Shown here: piece after piece, positions 40,606-53,901 of the stretch | How positions within the stretch are numbered: position 1 is the stretch's first letter | Layout: each line of letters opens with the position of its first letter | Source: Protoeuglena noctilucae | Lineage: Eukaryota | DNA: 64,000 nt | Assembly (NCBI GenBank): GCA_958009085.1 | Contig: OY253687.1 | Coordinates: 186,001 to 250,000, forward strand | Direction of reading: 5' to 3' | Position numbers and translations under genes: made by a program | The notes under the pieces: generated by a model | What the model saw: the letters and a program-made list of their open reading frames with translations, nothing else | What the model was told of the DNA's origin: nothing | The model's database searches: none

Positions 40606-42115
40606 TCAGCTCTCCTGGGGTTGAACCCCCTCCGCAGCAGCCGCATCGGTGCTGTCAGCACCCTGGCCACCGTCGCCTGGGCCATCGACGCTCTTCTTGA
40701 AAAAGTCGGCGAGTGCCTGGAACACAGCCTTGGAGTCCTCGATCATCGACCCGTGCGCGAGGCCGGGCAAGACGGCGACCTGAGTGGATGGTCCTGCAGC
40801 TTCTGCCATACGTCTCAAAGCGCTGGGAGGGAACACGGGGTCCTCTGCGAGCGAGGTGCCAGGGAACGTCGCGGGGGCCGCATCCGATGCGAATAACGCT
40901 TTTGGTGGCGTGCAAGACGCAGCACTGGTGACTGGCGGGTGCCGCGCTCACTGTGCCCTCTCATCACGTGCCACCCAGGCTCAGGCTGCTTCCCAAGGTG
41001 ACACTCACGTGATCCGGTAACGAAGAGGACCGGCATGTCCAGGGACGCCCAGTCCATCTCCTTGGCCACCAGCCCCAGGCCCCACCGTGTCATGATGCTC
41101 GCATACAGGGGCAGCGCACCCAGCCGCGCCCGCCACTCAATCACGGTGCGGACCTTGCGGGGATCGCCGTCCTTGAGGTACGCCTGGCTGAACATCATCT
41201 GCGCGGCGGGCAGAGAAGGGCGCTGCCTTAGACCCACGCAAGCGTCGCGGCGGCACAGGCTGTGCAGCTAATGGCCCCATGTCACCTCATGCATGTCGTC
41301 CTTGCGGCGGAAGAACTTCACGGACGTCTGAAACGCATGCACAGCCATCGTCAGGCGCACCATCGGGGGATAGGACCGCACGGCAGCGTGCATGACCACC
41401 AGGGAAGCGAACAGGTTTGGCCGCATCTCTGCAGCCCGCGCAGCGATGAGGCCGCCCATGGATGCCCCGACCAGGTGCACGAGTTCGTCGTCCAGCTCTG
41501 CGAGATGTCGGGTCAGGTAACATCGCATCTCTGGCCGGACAGCTTGTGGGTGCGCCCACATCAACTGGCCACGCCAGCGCTGCACACCCAGCTTCTCGAC
41601 GATGGCAATCAGGTCCCCCGCTTGCTCCTCCGTGCTGTATCCGAACCACGGTTGCCCGCTGTCCCCGTGGCCGCGCAGGTCGTACGCGATGCACCTGGAT
41701 TCAGCAAGGGACAGGAAGGTGCAAAGCAGATAGCGCCCGGAGACGAGACGCCGCGGAACCGCAGCCACATGCCCGTAATGCACGGCCAACGGACAAGGTA
41801 TGGCACCTGTACCCATCCGCCCAAAGGCGAATCATCACTTCGAACCACATCGTGCAGTCCATATGCAGGCCGTGCACGAAGCACACCACGCCCTTGACAT
41901 CCTGCGGTTGTGCGATGGATTGTATTCATGATCGCGAGCGCCCGGGGATCCCCGCGTGGCCCGCAATCAAGGATCGCGATTGTGCGGCCCCGTAACGATG
42001 CGTCGCGCACCTGGCCCTTGGGGGAGCGCGTATCCACGACCCACAGCTTCGCTTTGTTCACCAGCACGAACCCCTCATCAAATGATAGCTTCTTATCATC
42101 CTCGGCACCCTCCAT
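40606..42115 (-). CDS. Alpha/beta hydrolase fold protein
   Basis: CFVHGL, AYDLRGHGDS, nucleophile elbow LVGASMGG, MPVLFVTG, LAHGSMIE. Confidence 0.88.
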
Positions 42116-42351
42116 CGTCACTGGACGGCCCGCTGGGCGAGGGAAACGCTGTGCAACTTGATCAAGAAACCAGAAGAGGCAAGTTTCACTACCCAACGGT
42201 CTTCAACAACAGCACAGGCCAGCGGTACGGATTTCTGGTGGCGGCTGCGCTTTGCTGGCGGACGAGCTCTCTCCAGAGACCGACGCCTGAAACTACAGCT
42301 GCAGCCGGGCAGTCCCCGCTCGCTGCGAGCGCTCCGCACAGCTCGACGCGC

Positions 42352-43758
42352 CTACACCGCCGGGCCGCTAGGGGGCTTGGGGATCCCTCCCTTGATGATC
42401 TTGTTGAGGCCATCTGTTGCGAAGGCGATGAGTGGCGAGAGCTGCGTTCCCACGACGCCCAGCGCCTTGCTCACGCCCTCGTAGTCATCCAACCGCCGCC
42501 GCAGGCAATCCCACGTCTCCCGCTTCCCCTCCGACCGATCCGTAAGCATAAACAGCTCTGCAAGGAGCAGGTTCAGACACGCATCATTTACAGGCCTGGC
42601 TAGCAGCCACACCCTCTCCAAGCCTCGACCATGTCACGCGGGCATCCCAGCTCACCCGTAGCGTTGTAGGCGACGGCGAGCAGCCCCCGCTTCGTGTACC
42701 AGTTGTGGTCCGTGCTGGTGTCCCCCGCGTACTGCAGGACGTCATCCACCATCATCGCCATCAGCTTGACTGCCGCCGGGACGTTCTGGGGCTGGGCCAT
42801 GACCCCCATCGCCTGCAACAGCGAGGTCGTCACGTCAGTCCGCCGCCGGAAGAAAATAAAAGGTCCCAAAACACATAGCGCCACGCCGCGCACCTGGTGC
42901 CATGACGCGTCGTAAGGCAGCAGCATCTCGAGACGCAGCTGCAGCGCCACCTCGAGCCTCTCCCGCTCGCTCATCTCCTGCCAGGAGCTCCCCATCCCAT
43001 GGAGCTCGTCCACGAGCCTCGCGTTGCACTTGGCGATGAAGAACTCCACGAGCTCGCCCTCCGCGCGGGGCAGGATGCCTGCGGAGGACCACAGCAGTGC
43101 CCCGGGGGTCGCGACACCTCCCAAACGTTACATTGTGTGTACCGCTATCTGCCGCGCTCACCTGCGACCGCGGGCGACATGCCCACGTCCCGCGCACCCG
43201 CCACGAGCGCCGCGTGACTCCATCCGTGCCTCGGCACGTGCTCCAACGCGGCGCGCAGCAGCTTGTGGCGAAGGCGCTCTGCAAGCACAAGGACCACGGG
43301 GCTTCGCATGACCCTCCGCGGGCGCCAAGCGACGAGAGGGGCACGCAGGAGCCGCACCGAGGTCCCCCGAGGCATCGTCGTCCGTCTGCTGGCTCGTCGA
43401 CGCCGCGTAGCCATCGTCCGTCCCCGTACGTTCCGGATTATCGTATCTCTGAAAGCATCGGCGCCACATCCGTTGTTTCCGAGCAGATTGATGACGACTC
43501 CGTTGCATTGGCGACCGCGTCGCATGCTCGCGTCCGCACCTCCTTGGCCATGGTGGACGTCGTTCTCGTTCCCATATCCATTCGCCTGCAGCCGCCCGCG
43601 CCGGGCCAAACCCCCGTCAGCGCCCACACGGGGCCCGCTGCGTGGTCCAGGGCCCTTTCCATAGGAACGCCGCTTAGGCTCGCGGTCACTACCCCGATTC
43701 CATGCCATGACGATAACAACACGTTCGTCCGCCGCAGCAATCCATCAAAGCGGCGCAT
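42352..43758 (-). CDS. COQ9: Ubiquinone biosynthesis protein COQ9 (5' end uncertain)
   Basis: LLRAALEHVPRHGWS, ELVEFF, AGDTSTDHNWYTKR, YNATELFMLTDRS...TWDCLRRRL. Confidence 0.92.
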
Positions 43759-44128
43759 CTCCACGCGATGCTGCCCGTCGTGAGGGGTGTACTGGGCACA
43801 CGCTGATCGGCAGGTCGAGCTTTGCGACTCTTGCGGACACAGCGGCGTGACTGACGGCCGAGGCAAACCAACGGCGCATTAGAGTCCTAAGGAAGCTCCA
43901 TTGTCTGTTCCTGGCACCACCATGTCAGTTGAGGAGCGTAAAAGAAACACGGCATCATGACGCAAGTACGCAAGGCTTGTCCAAAGATCGACCTCCGACG
44001 AATCCAAGCAGGCCATCCAGCTCCCCCCGAGCTGACCTCCTGCGCCTTTTTAAGGACATCAAGTCTTTCAAACCAGGGAATCGACTCAAATGGTAGCTCT
44101 TTCAGTTCTACTAGCTTTGGTGGGTCTC

Positions 44129-47100
44129 CTAGTCCACCGTCACCACTACGCACTCCTTGCTCACACATGCAGCGTCCGCCACCATCATCTTGCCCCTCAG
44201 CTCCCTTGCCAGCGCGCTGCCCTCAGTGCTCCCGTCCACCCCCAGCTCCCGCAGCACATAACTGGGAAGCCTCACCACGACGGCAGCAGCGAAATTGACC
44301 GTGGCAGCGTAGGACCAGCACAGTATATCGTCCGCGGTGACTACCAGCCGCAAAGGAGTCATCGAAATCTTGCACAGCAGGGCGGGGGGCGTCGCATGCA
44401 TATCCCAGGCACAAAGGTCGCTGCTTCCAGTAGCACTGTTGTGGACAATTCTGCAAGCCAGGATGCCGCCGTCGCAGGTAATGGCCAACCATACAGGAAC
44501 TTTACTCAGCATTGCCGGAACGACTGCAGAGCGTGTGCCCCCGACCTCAAAGGCGCAAAGGTTGTACTTGACGGCACCCTCAGACCCATCATCCTGGTCC
44601 TGATTGGGATCCCTGACTGCCACCGCCACCACCCCCCAAGCACGATCTTGAGACATTCCAAAGTTTGCGACCTCCCATGCCCTCCCATTGTCATCAACAC
44701 ACCTTGTAGGCAGCACACGCCTGGCCTGCCCAGCGACGTCCTCCTGCACCAAATTGCCCTCTTCCCACACCCACAAGCGCTCCTCGTCAGGGCTCAAGAA
44801 GTCCACAGGCTCCCGCAATACTTTCACCGGCTCGCCTGAGGATGGGCTCCAGGCATAGATTGCGCGGCCGTTGAGCAGGTAGAGCTTGTCCTCTCCAGCA
44901 AAGCTAAGATGCCTACCGTACCATCTGTCAGCCCCAGGCAACTCAGTACTAGCCAGCACCTCCCCCGTCGCCATGTCCCACACTACTAGTGCCCAGCCGA
45001 GGTCGCGCTTTTGAAAGACAAAAGCACCTTTTTTGCCGTCCAGCGAAACTGCCACCCGCATGACCACGCCACCCACGTCCACCTTACAGATGCGCGCTCC
45101 CGTTCTCGCATCCACAACGCGAGCAGTGCTCTCGTCTTTTGATTGCACCACAAGCACGCCTCCGTCGGGCGAAAGCCAACCCTTGTATGCTTCTCTCGTA
45201 GCATCTGCGACATTCCCGCCGACTATGTATGGGGAGTCCCCTTGCTGGGCGAGAAGAGCCGACATGTCCCACAGCGAGGTCGCAGTGCTGGTTGAATACC
45301 CTAATGTTCCACCAGTGGGATCTATCTGTACACCACGAAAGTCGTAGTTGGTTTGGAATACAACCACGACGTTTCCTGTGGCCACGTCACGTAGTCTCAG
45401 CTCCATTCCACCCCGGATACGCTTAGCCGTAACAAGACACGCCCCATGAGGGCTGTAATACATGGGACTCTCATCTGCCAAGCGGGTGTTCTCCCGCTCT
45501 AGCAACGACCTTGCGTCGTAGAAAATCGCATTTTTTTGGGAGTATGTGGCGATGGTCGCCCCGTCAGGGCTGACCAGCAATAATTTGCCTTCCAGGAGCC
45601 CACACTGTTTGCCCGCCTTTGCGTCCCACACGAGCACCTTATCAACGACAGCCACGGTGAACGCACTGCCATCCGCACACGCTTCGATTCTCCCTGCGGC
45701 AGCTGTCCCCTCCAGCTCCGCCCGAAGCTGCCCCGACTGCACGTCAAACACCCTCACGTTGCGGTCACTCTGCTTCGCCGCCACCCACGTGCCGCCCCCG
45801 CCTACCAAAGCCAGCTTGATCTCATCCCCCGCTGCCACCTCAGCAAGTGGCCCCGCAGGCACTGCCAGCTCCTCCCCACTGGGCACGCCCCACTGCCGGT
45901 ACCCCTGCTCCGCGACCGCCCCCACCGTCCTCCCCTCATTTACGAACCTGGCGTCGTGCACGTTGACGCCCTCGCCAGTCAGCGGCAGCAACCTCCCCGC
46001 CACGCAGTCCACAAGATAGAGCCCCACCACCCCCCAGACTGCCAGCATGGCACCGTCAGGGCTGAACTGCATGCCCGTTACCCAAGTCCTGTCTTCTGGC
46101 AGTCCGACAGCCAGGGTCCTCGCTCCCGTCACGGTGTCCCAAAAACTGACTGCGTGCTTATCCACCACCCCCAGCACGTCGCCCTCTGGCGAGAAGGCCA
46201 TGAAATCCACAGCTCCAGCGCCCAGCACTTGCGCCTCTGGGAACCCGTCCATGGTCCCAACCACCCGCACCCGACCATCCACGAGCCCCTCGCGCGCGCA
46301 CATGTCCCCCGCAGCATGCATCCACGTGCCCTCCGGCGCCACCAGTGCCGCATCCACAGCAAGGCTGGGGTTGCTGACGAGGACAGCCGAGAAACACCTG
46401 CGAGCGAGTCCAGACATCGATAGGATGCCGTCGCCCCCATGCAGAGCAGACGTCACCGGACTCTGACCCACACGCCACCCCCCCGCTTCCCTCACCTCAG
46501 CCACGCCCTCGTCTCCTGCGCCGGTTCGGCCTTGGCGTGCGACACCGCCCTCAACGCCTGCGCCGCCCTGGCCACGTCCCTTACCGGCCGCCTAACCTCC
46601 CCCGCCTCCGCGCACGCACGCACGTACCCCAGGCTCGTGCACACCGCCGCAGCCACGCCCAGCTCCCCAGCCTCCACCGCGTGGTGCAGCGTGTACACGC
46701 TGGCATACGCCCCCAGCGTCTCCACCACCGCCCCGTTCCTGCCGCCCAGCCCCAGCGCCTCCACCCGGCGCCCCCACACCAGCGCGTGCAGCGCGTGGCC
46801 CACCCGAACGTCCACGTGCCACCCCGACGCCTTGTCCTCCGCCAGCCAGTCCATCACCGACCTGCATGGCGTGTGTGAGAGCGCACGTCAGGCTCACCGG
46901 TCCGCTCCACCCGCCACCAACCCCGCCCTGCTGCCAGCCCCAGTCCGTGCTGCTCACTTGTGGAAGGGCCGCACGCGCCCGTCCGCGCCGACAGGGAACA
47001 GGCTGCCCATGGCCCCCAGCACGCGCGCGGCTGCCCCCGCGTCCTCCTCGCCGTGCTGAACCAGCTCCTGCAGCTCCGACAGGCTCAGCGGCTCCACCGC

Positions 47101-50038
47101 CGCCACCAGCGCCGGCAGCACCCGCGTCCGCACCACCTCCACGTCCCGCTCCCCCAGCGCCCTAAACTGCCTGTCGAAGTACTCCTTGTACAGCGCCCGG
47201 TGCCCCTCCGGCAGATCCCCCACCGCCATGTTTGCCACCCCGCCCTCCACCCTCGCCCCCACCTCCCGCTGCACCATGCCCACCAGCGCCGCCACGTACG
47301 CAAACACGCCCGCGCTCTTCCCCTCCAGCGCCTCCACCACCGCGCCCCTCTCGTCATCGCTCAACCCCTCGCTCCTCAGGCTCCCCCGAACGTACGCCCG
47401 GATGTCCTCCCGGTTGCGCCCCTCACTCGGCTCCAGCGTGAAGGGCTTGAACCGCGCCACCTGCCGCACGATGTACTCCTCCGGCCGCGACGTCACCAGC
47501 ACCCGCACCCACCCCGGCAGCTCCTCCACGCACCCCGACAGCACCTGCAGCACCCCGTTGCTGCGCGCGTCCGTCCCCGCCTCGTCCACCGCGTCGATCA
47601 CCAGCACCACCGGCGCCTTGGCCCACGCCACGCCCCTCAGCGGGCCCACCACCAGGCTGCGGAGGTCGCAAGGCTGTCGAGGTCATGCCGTACGCTTGCT
47701 TCGATCACTCTCGCTCATAAATGCCACCCAACCGTGATCGTGCCTTCGGAACCAATCCATGGCCGTGCCATTGAGGTCCAGCTCTCGCAGCCCCTCCTCC
47801 ACCGCCGCCGCCGCCTCGGGCACCGCCTCTGCCACCTGGTACGCCAGCGACTGCGCCATCACCCTCGCGTCCGTCCTCGACTCGTCCCCCGCCCGGCAGA
47901 AGTGCCCCCCCAGCAGCCGCCCGGCCCTGTGCAGCTCCAGCGTCACGTGCGCGGTGAACGCCGTCTTGCCCATGCCTGCGGATGATGATGACCGGGGAGG
48001 GGTGCGCGGCAGTGAAACGGGCTTTCATCGCATCCCTCCAGTCCATGTCAATCCAGCCCTCACGCTCGCCAGTCGCTGTCACTCGCCTGGAACGGAAAGC
48101 AGCAGGAACACCTTGCTGGACCGCCCCGCCTCGCTCCCCGCCGTCGCCTTGCCGTCCACCCACGCCATGACCTCCTCGGCCAGCCACTGACGCGTCCCCA
48201 CCTGCAAGACACATCGGCATGTGCTTGACCATGTTCACCACCCCCGCCGTCTCTGCCCACACGTTCGCATCCACGCAATCTCACTCACCATGAACCCCGC
48301 CTCGCGTATGTCGGCGTCGTGCAGGAAGTCGTGGTGCTTCAGCAGCTTGGCCAGCTCCTCCAGCGACCCTCCCACTGCCTCGGCCTTCTCCTCCACATTC
48401 TGCCGAGCTTGCGTCAGAGCTGCCGCCAGGTTCCTGGCGCTCGCGCGCTTGCCCGCTCCGCCCTGCGCCCCGCTCCTCCCCTTGCCCACGCCGTTCACGT
48501 GCACGTACCACAGCACGTCCCGGAACCGCACGCTGCCCCACTCCAGCTTGCCCCTGCGCTTGGCCCCCTGCGCCAGCTGGTACAGGTTGTGCGCCTGCAC
48601 CCTGTCCGCCGGCGCCAGCAGCCGGTGCAGGTCCGTCCGCACGAACTCCGCCAGCTCCGGCGGCGCCAGCCTCTCCTCGTACCACCGCGCGGCCTCCTCC
48701 AGGATCGGCAGCTCCTCGTTCAGCAGCGCGATCTCAAACACCCCCCACTCCATCTCCGCCGCCACGTGCGCAAACCCCTCGTCCTCGTCCACCCACAGCT
48801 TCCTCAGCTCCTCCGGCAGCTTCTTCACCTCCTGCGGCTCCGCGTCCAGCACCTGTCCGATCTTGCGCTCCAACGCCCCCACCTGCTCCCCAAGCGCCGC
48901 CACCTGCTCCCCCACGTTTTGCACCAGTCCCGCCAGCACCTGCTCCCCCGGCGCCAGCAGCCCAAACACCGCGTCCACCCGCTGCTTGTCACCCAGCACC
49001 GCCCGCAGCTGAGCCGGGGACACCTCGTCCAGCCGTGCCGCCCCCGCCTCCCCCGCCAATCGCAGCGCCAGGTCCTGACTCGAGAAGAGCCTCCCCCCCG
49101 CCATTGCCACCCGTATCTCTTCAATTTCCCGCAGCGACTGAACCTGCATGGCCGCCGAGAGTGTCCCCACCTGCGCCAGAATCTTGCCCGCTAGCTCCTG
49201 CAGACCGTCCGTGTCCCCTCGCGCCTTCACAAACCGCCCCAGCCACGTGCGCCCCTCCACCTCCTCCACCACAACGCCCGCCTCACGCAGCAGGTCTGTG
49301 GGCCACCGACATCCAGCTGCGATTCCGATTCCAACACCAGCGAGGCCCCGTCGCCATCTGTCATTCGTACACATTCACCCCTGTTCACCGCCGATTTCCC
49401 AGAGTGGCTCGCCTGTCAGCTCCTCCAGGGCCCGCGTCTGGTTCATGACCACCTCGTGCGCCGCCACCACGACCTCCACCACACCCGACACCACTCGCTT
49501 AAAATCCTCCAGCGCCGCACGCACCGCCACCGCCTCCGCGATCCCCGTCATGACCCGGGACGCGACCTCTGCCAGCGGCCCCACCATCGGCGCCCTCGCC
49601 AGGACCTCCAGAGCCTGCAGCCCACCCTTGGCTAGGAGCCGCAGCACATCGCCGGTCACGTTGTACTGCTGCGGCACGACGCGGGCGTGATGGTTGGAGC
49701 TCAGCCAAAGGCCACAGATGCATGCATGTGTCCATGCCCGCCCACCTGGAGCATAGAAGCGACGGGAGCAGACAACGGTTGCGCGATATTGAGGAGCCTC
49801 TGCGTGCGCAGTGATGTCGCTCTCCGCTCCGTCACTTCGCGCGCGCAGCAGCCGCTAGCGCAGATGCAGCTCAGATGCAGCGCACCTGCAGCTCGGCACA
49901 GCGCTCCTGCGCTGCGCTACCAAGCTCAATTGCTCGGCCGGCGATTGCTTCCTGCCCCGAGGGCTTCATCTCGTCCCCGGCGGGCGCCTCCGGTGAATCA
50001 TTGTCTGCGACGGCAGGCTTGCTGGCCGCGCAGCCCAT
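44129..50038 (-). CDS. NLR-like STAND NTPase: MGCAAS lipidation motif, MLKL-like 4-helix bundle, NACHT-type NTPase, WD40 repeats
   Basis: Walker A VFLLLSVPGMGKT (spliced 48086/47975), Walker B VLVIDAVDEA, VLVTSRPE, PLSLSEL, PFHKSMMDWL. Many WD40 repeats (FSPEG..FWDTVTG, FSPDG, VFDVQSG, VWDAKAG) in a ~2.3 kb exon. Confidence 0.85.
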
Positions 50039-50269
50039 TGTTCGCACTGACAACCATTCCAGTCGCCGGCGGGGCGTCCGGATCGACTGCTCATCATCTA
50101 CTGCAGCTGCCGGGGCACGGTCAGCGCATATAGAGTGCAAGGGTGACTCGTTGCTCCGTCAGACAACAGGCACATGCCAGATTCAACGCACCGCAACTGC
50201 TGCTTCGTCCCCTTCCACAGGCCCTACCCCCTATAGCCGCCCCGACCGCGCATCGCGGGTGACGCACCG

Positions 50270-53200
50270 TCACTGAGCGTCCTCTTCGGCAGCGAGGACG
50301 ACGTCGTGCAGCTCGTCAATGAAGCGGTTCACTTCGCCCGTCGGGATGCGCACCGTGGAAGCCAGGAACGCGTCGTTGGACGCAGCGGACTCGATCTGCG
50401 ATAGCGGGACAGCAACACGTCGTGGTGTGCGCTGGGCTGCGGGCGAGCCACTTGCCACGTGCGGCGGGCGCAGAGCGGCCCCCACCTTGTCCAGGGTGTT
50501 TTGGAAGAAGACGCTTAGCGCGTTGCCCGCAGTGCCTCGCAGCAATCGGCTCGTCACCCCCACCACCCAGCACTTGCCCGTCCCGTGCTCCTCTGGGCCC
50601 ACGACCACTGCGGGTGTGTGTGAGGGGGCGACGGCATGCAGCTGCAGGGCCGGGTCACAAGCGCGCATGGCCTCGGTGGAGCAAAGCCGCGACAGTCCCT
50701 GGGCTCCCCAGCGCAGCAGGCCGGAGGCAGAGGCCACCCACAGCTGCAGAGCCCGCTCACCCATGCGGAGGAAGGCCCGGCTGCCGCCCATGGAGGCGTG
50801 GGCGTCCTGAATGAACGTGGCGAGGCGCGTGAGTGCCATGGGGAAGCACAGCAGCTCCCGGGACCGGGCAGGGAGGCCCTCGCTGAGGTTGACGCAACAG
50901 AAGCCATGGTACCGCTCCACGCGCCGGGCCTGTATGGCGCGCCCGGCGTGCTCAATCACGGCCCGCTGGATTTCTTTGCTCAGCTCGAGGCCCCGCTGGA
51001 TCTCCGCGACGTTCGCCAGGCTCTGCGGGGGCACGCCACAGCACGTCACGCATGCCACGGGAGCACGTGCGCGGCCAGAGGGCCTCGAGATGCCAGACAT
51101 CGCTCCAATGCCATGGATGCCCTTTCGATGTTTCGTGTTTCACGCCGCCGGCAGCTCACCAGAGCATCCATGGCTGTCCAGAACTGGGACGGCTGGTCGG
51201 GGCCCGCCTCCAGGAGCGCCGTCACGGCCGCCACCATGTCCACGGCACCCATGGCGTCCTGGTATCCAAAGTGGAGCTTGAAGGAATCGAACTTGATGTC
51301 CTCGATCTGGAACAGCGTCACCCACTGGTCCATCTTGGCCGGGAGCTGCCGGCGCACATCTGGGTCCATCGCACTGCACGCGAGGCAGCGAGGGCAGTGA
51401 CGGCAGCGTCAACGCTGGTGCATAGGAAGCCGACAGCTGCGTGCTTGCGCTCGATAGCAGCGATGGCAGCGGCGCTGCGGCTGCACAACTAAGCTTGTGT
51501 GGCGAGCGCTTGTCGGCTCACGATAACCGCAACACGGAAGCGGCTCTCTAGGCGGCGTCAATCAGACTCCCCGACGCGGAGCATGGGCTGCACACGCAAC
51601 ACACAGCATTCATACCACTCACCTGAACGCCTTCTTCGCCTCCTTGAGCGGCAGGCCCATCTTTGCCAGGAGCTGCTCCACGGCCGCCCGCCCTCCCTCC
51701 GACCAGGTGCGCAGCTTGGTGGCCACGAAAGGGCTGTAGATGATCGAGTCGTAGAGGCTCCAGTGCCGGTACAGGTGCAGCCGCAAGGCCTCCTCCTCCA
51801 CGATCCGACCCCGCACGAACGCCTGCAAGGGAGAGGCCAAGGATGCGTTGACGTCAGTGGCTGACGCTGTGCACCATCACCAAAACATCGCCCGCCCGTT
51901 CTCTGTCATGTTATGCTGTGCACCATAACATGCTCACATTGATCGCCAGCCAGCCAGCGACAACCATGCACAGTCCGCCGGAACCCACAAGCAGCGATGG
52001 CCGTCAGAACCCACAAGCAGCGATGGCCGTCAGCACCCACGCCGCCGCCCGCCTCGCCTTGGTGATTGTCCCGTCGTTGTGCTGCACCTCCGTCTGCTGG
52101 TCGTAGTTGTCCGCCTGCTTGACGCGTGACAGCAGCTCCTCGTAGCTCACCGCGTACCCCTCGCGCCCCACGTGCCCGTGCACCAGTTGGTCGGTCAGCC
52201 CCAGCACCGCCAGCCACAGCAGCTGCTTATCGTCCTTCCGGAGCTCCTGGCACAGGCGCAGGCACAGCTCGGACGCGCTCCGGCCGTAGTGCTGCCCACG
52301 GGCGTAGTACTCGATGCGTCTCAGCACCCGCTCCTCCTTTGCCCGCCGCTTCGCTCGCCGCAGCTGCGGTCACGAGGCAGGCGCGGGCGCATGAAAGGCG
52401 CAGGGCGGGGCTGGCGGCAAACAATCGCACGCAGGCTGCTGCGGGTGGGACCACGCCAAGGCTCCAGCCGCCCATGGAGGGCCTGCCGGGGCGCAAGGCA
52501 TAACGCGCACCCGACGTCACAGTTGGCGTCCGCCCGCCTAGCGCTGCGACTCGCCTCTTCCCGCGTCGCTCTTCGCTTCCGCCCCGCCAACGGCGCCCCC
52601 GCCCCCGCCCCCGCCCCCGCCCCCGACACCCCCACCTCCCCCGACCGCCTCGCCCGGGCCCTGAGGCTGTCGACCTCCCCCTCCTCTGCGGGCCACAGTG
52701 AGGTCAGGTAGCTTTCGTAAGCACGCGTGGCAACGACCCACGCCCGGGACACGTCACTCCTTGGCTCACGCGTAACTACCCCTCCGTCCCCGTGCCACGC
52801 ACCTGGGTCCTGGCTGCCCCCGTGCAGCCCCAGCGGATCCTCGCCGTCATCCTCCACGCGCGCCGTGTCGCCCGACGCCCCCCGCGAGCCCCCTCCCGCC
52901 GCCTCATCCCCGTCCCGGGCCATCCTGCTGCCACCCATGCCATCGCCACTCGCACCCTCGCTCTCAGACCCCTCGCTCTCCGAGTCCGACTCAGACTCTG
53001 AGTAAAGCTCGGCCAGGCCCACAGGAATGTCGTTGCTCGACGCCTCCACGGCCTCGTCCCACATCAGGTACACCTGCGGCGAGACCCAGCGCCAAGTGGA
53101 GCTCTCGCGACCGGGGCCGGAGGTCGTCCCCGCCGTGCGTCCGGGGCGTGCGGGCCGACGCGAGGCGCAGCGAGGGGGACTAACGCAGGCGTGCGCCAAG

Positions 53201-53901
53201 TCCCTCTCCCTCACCTGCTGGTTGTCTGGCGAAAGGTTGTTCAAATGCACGGGGCGGTGCGCGTCGATGACGTAGGCCCGGACCTCCTTCCCGAGGTCCA
53301 GCAGCTCGCGGATGTCCTCCGTGACACCGCAGTTGATCAGTAGGATGGAACGGTACTCGTCGTTGTCGCCCTTGAGCATGTCCTGCACCCATCAATCAAG
53401 CTGTCCATCCAGCTCGAAACGCCCGCGCGCGCCCGGGCGACGCTACCCGCGCTCGATAGGACGGGCATCCAGCCATGCGGAAGCGCACTGCGATGCGCAG
53501 CGCGGGGCACGGGAATGGCCACATTGCCGCCACAATGCCGTACCTGGCACGCTTGCTGGAGGTGGTCGTAGCCGGTGACCGGGATGATTGTGTGCATCAC
53601 GCTGTCCGTCTGGAGCATCTTGCGCACTATCCTCGTGGCGCTGACCGAGTCCGCCTCGCCCGCCGCGACGAAAATCTGCAGCGCACCCTCCCGGATCGCT
53701 CGTCGCGCTGCCCTTGAATGCGCGCGGGGCATTGCCCCGGGCTATCATCCATCCCGACTCGGACATGCGATTGCAATGAGCCGCCAGCCATCGCGAGCGC
53801 GCAGGGTGCAGGCTCACCAAGAGCTTCCTGTCATCGTGAGCGAAGACGTCCTGGACGAGGGCCTCGTACGCCGACGCGAACTGGTCAGGGGTAACCTTCA
53901 T
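50270..53901 (-). CDS. CDC45: Cell division control protein 45
   Basis: IFVAAGEADSVSA, ILLINCG, VIDAHRPVHLNNL, acidic loop, LWLAVLGLTDQ, LYRHWSLYDS, LLAKMGLPLKEAK, AVDMVAAVTALLE. Confidence 0.95.
51981..52040. repeat. 26-bp tandem repeat (two exact copies plus a partial) in a CDC45 intron
   Basis: GAACCCACAAGCAGCGATGGCCGTCA twice, then GCACCCAC. Confidence 0.95.

Noticed and set aside
44129..46400. HET-E-type highly conserved internal WD40 repeats
   Set aside because: The repeats are divergent from each other, with no near-identical DNA units visible.
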